From: Gonapodya sp. JEL0774
Taxonomy: Eukaryota
Assembly: GCA_027604505.1 (NCBI GenBank)
Contig: JADIIX010000001.1
Location: 124,001-188,000 of the forward strand
Direction of reading: 5' to 3'
Length of the DNA: 64,000 nt
Below, piece after piece: positions 63,101-64,000 of this stretch. The position numbers and the translations under genes were made by a program. The notes under the pieces were generated by a model. The model saw only the letters and a list, made by a program, of their open reading frames with translations, made no database searches and was not told where the DNA came from. The stretch's first letter is position 1. Each line of letters opens with the position of its first letter.

Positions 63101-64000
63101 GTCTCAACTCGGGGAATGTTTATGTTCATCTTTAAGGGGAAATAGCACTTAGAAATGTTTTTACCGAACACAGGAAAAAATTAGTACCGACCTTCTCCCG
63201 TGGTACAGGGGCAATGTTAACCTCTTTTAGAAGCAGTTCCAAGGCATCACGAGCGAGCTGGGGCAAGAAAGGACTCAAGCATGTCCGGTGAATCGCTCGA
63301 TTCAAGTCCTCGTTGGGGTGTTCAGCGAGCCGTTTGCAAATGCGAATGATTTGCCTGGCAAATATTCAATTGGTTACAAACCAAACTTCAAATCTTCCAG
63401 GGGAATTTACCTTGTTGACATAGCTGCAGCCTTGCTGAGGATTCCGCTCTGGCCAGCTGTGTCTTCGTGAGACAAAGAGCGGAACTTTTCTGCAAAATCC
63501 ATGAGGACTTGCATTTGGGGTTCCGGACACTTCGTGACGGCTGACCTCAATCTGCGTAAAAAACACCATTCTACCATATGCCAAGTTGATCTGACCCACC
63601 TCTCACAATCTCTTCTTCCTCAGCTCTCGAGAGTGATCCAACCTCAACGAAGGTAAACATGTTGAGTACTTCCTCAGTCAACCAAGGCATCGCTTCGCTG
63701 ACGTTGCCAGATGCCGGCGGGTGGGCCGGGGTGGAACTCGTTGCAACGACGCGGAATGATGGGTGGATCGGGTAGATCCGGTTTACTTCAATTAAGTGAG
63801 ATGCAGTCATGCCGGTCAGGCGAATGTGGTCCTGGAAAGTACGGGCAGAGACAAGATGGGATCCATCTGGAAGAGGAATCTCCCTGGAACACAAACATGA
63901 CTCAATATACCGAAGCTACAATGTCGAAACGCTACGAACCTGTCCTGCACAAGCCTTTGAAGACTCGCCAATGTTCCAGACTCTAGCATATCAACTCCAT
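60162..64000 (-). CDS. VWA8: VWA8/KIAA0564-like MoxR AAA+ ATPase with a C-terminal vWA domain (5' part outside the window)
   Basis: GEHLLLIGNQGVGKNRLTDRFL..REYIQLHRDTTVQSL, LANRPGYPFLGNDF, PHVGGNTWKGGTGGSSTAGLGGRGGPYRLD, and MIDAS-like DVSG|SM...LSDANLRRYGI. Confidence 0.93.

Noticed and set aside
1..64000. Selenocysteine (in-frame TGA) recoding, known in a few early-diverging fungi
   Set aside because: The stops I examined in conserved genes are explained by introns, and no selenoprotein family was recognised.

Overview
This is a compact, intron-rich eukaryotic window (about 50% GC, mostly 45-120 nt GT-AG introns with CTRAC-type branch points). The gene set (cyclin-Y, VWA8, fungal-type Atg1/Gcn5/Urb1) suggests an early-diverging, chytrid/monoblepharid-like fungus, but that placement is inference. 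Housekeeping genes: 3' end of NUF2, URB1/NPA1, an intronless WD40 gene, ATG1, a cyclin-Y-like gene, GCN5 and the 3' part of VWA8. Accessory or surface-related genes: a KDM2/Jhd1-like JmjC gene, a secreted Thr-rich protein, orphan spliced ORFs, a ~10-kb Gtb3/PelF-like membrane GT4 polysaccharide synthase, a membrane-anchored GH26, a head-to-head pair of probably GPI-anchored aspartic proteases and a ~17-intron Baeyer-Villiger monooxygenase. Also present are an unrecognised membrane protein made of two intragenic repeats with identical exon lengths and a ~580-bp TIR element (MITE). The most notable items are the stand-alone Gtb3-like synthase, the two-repeat membrane protein and the MITE. All family assignments come from motif recognition and hand splicing; no searches were run.
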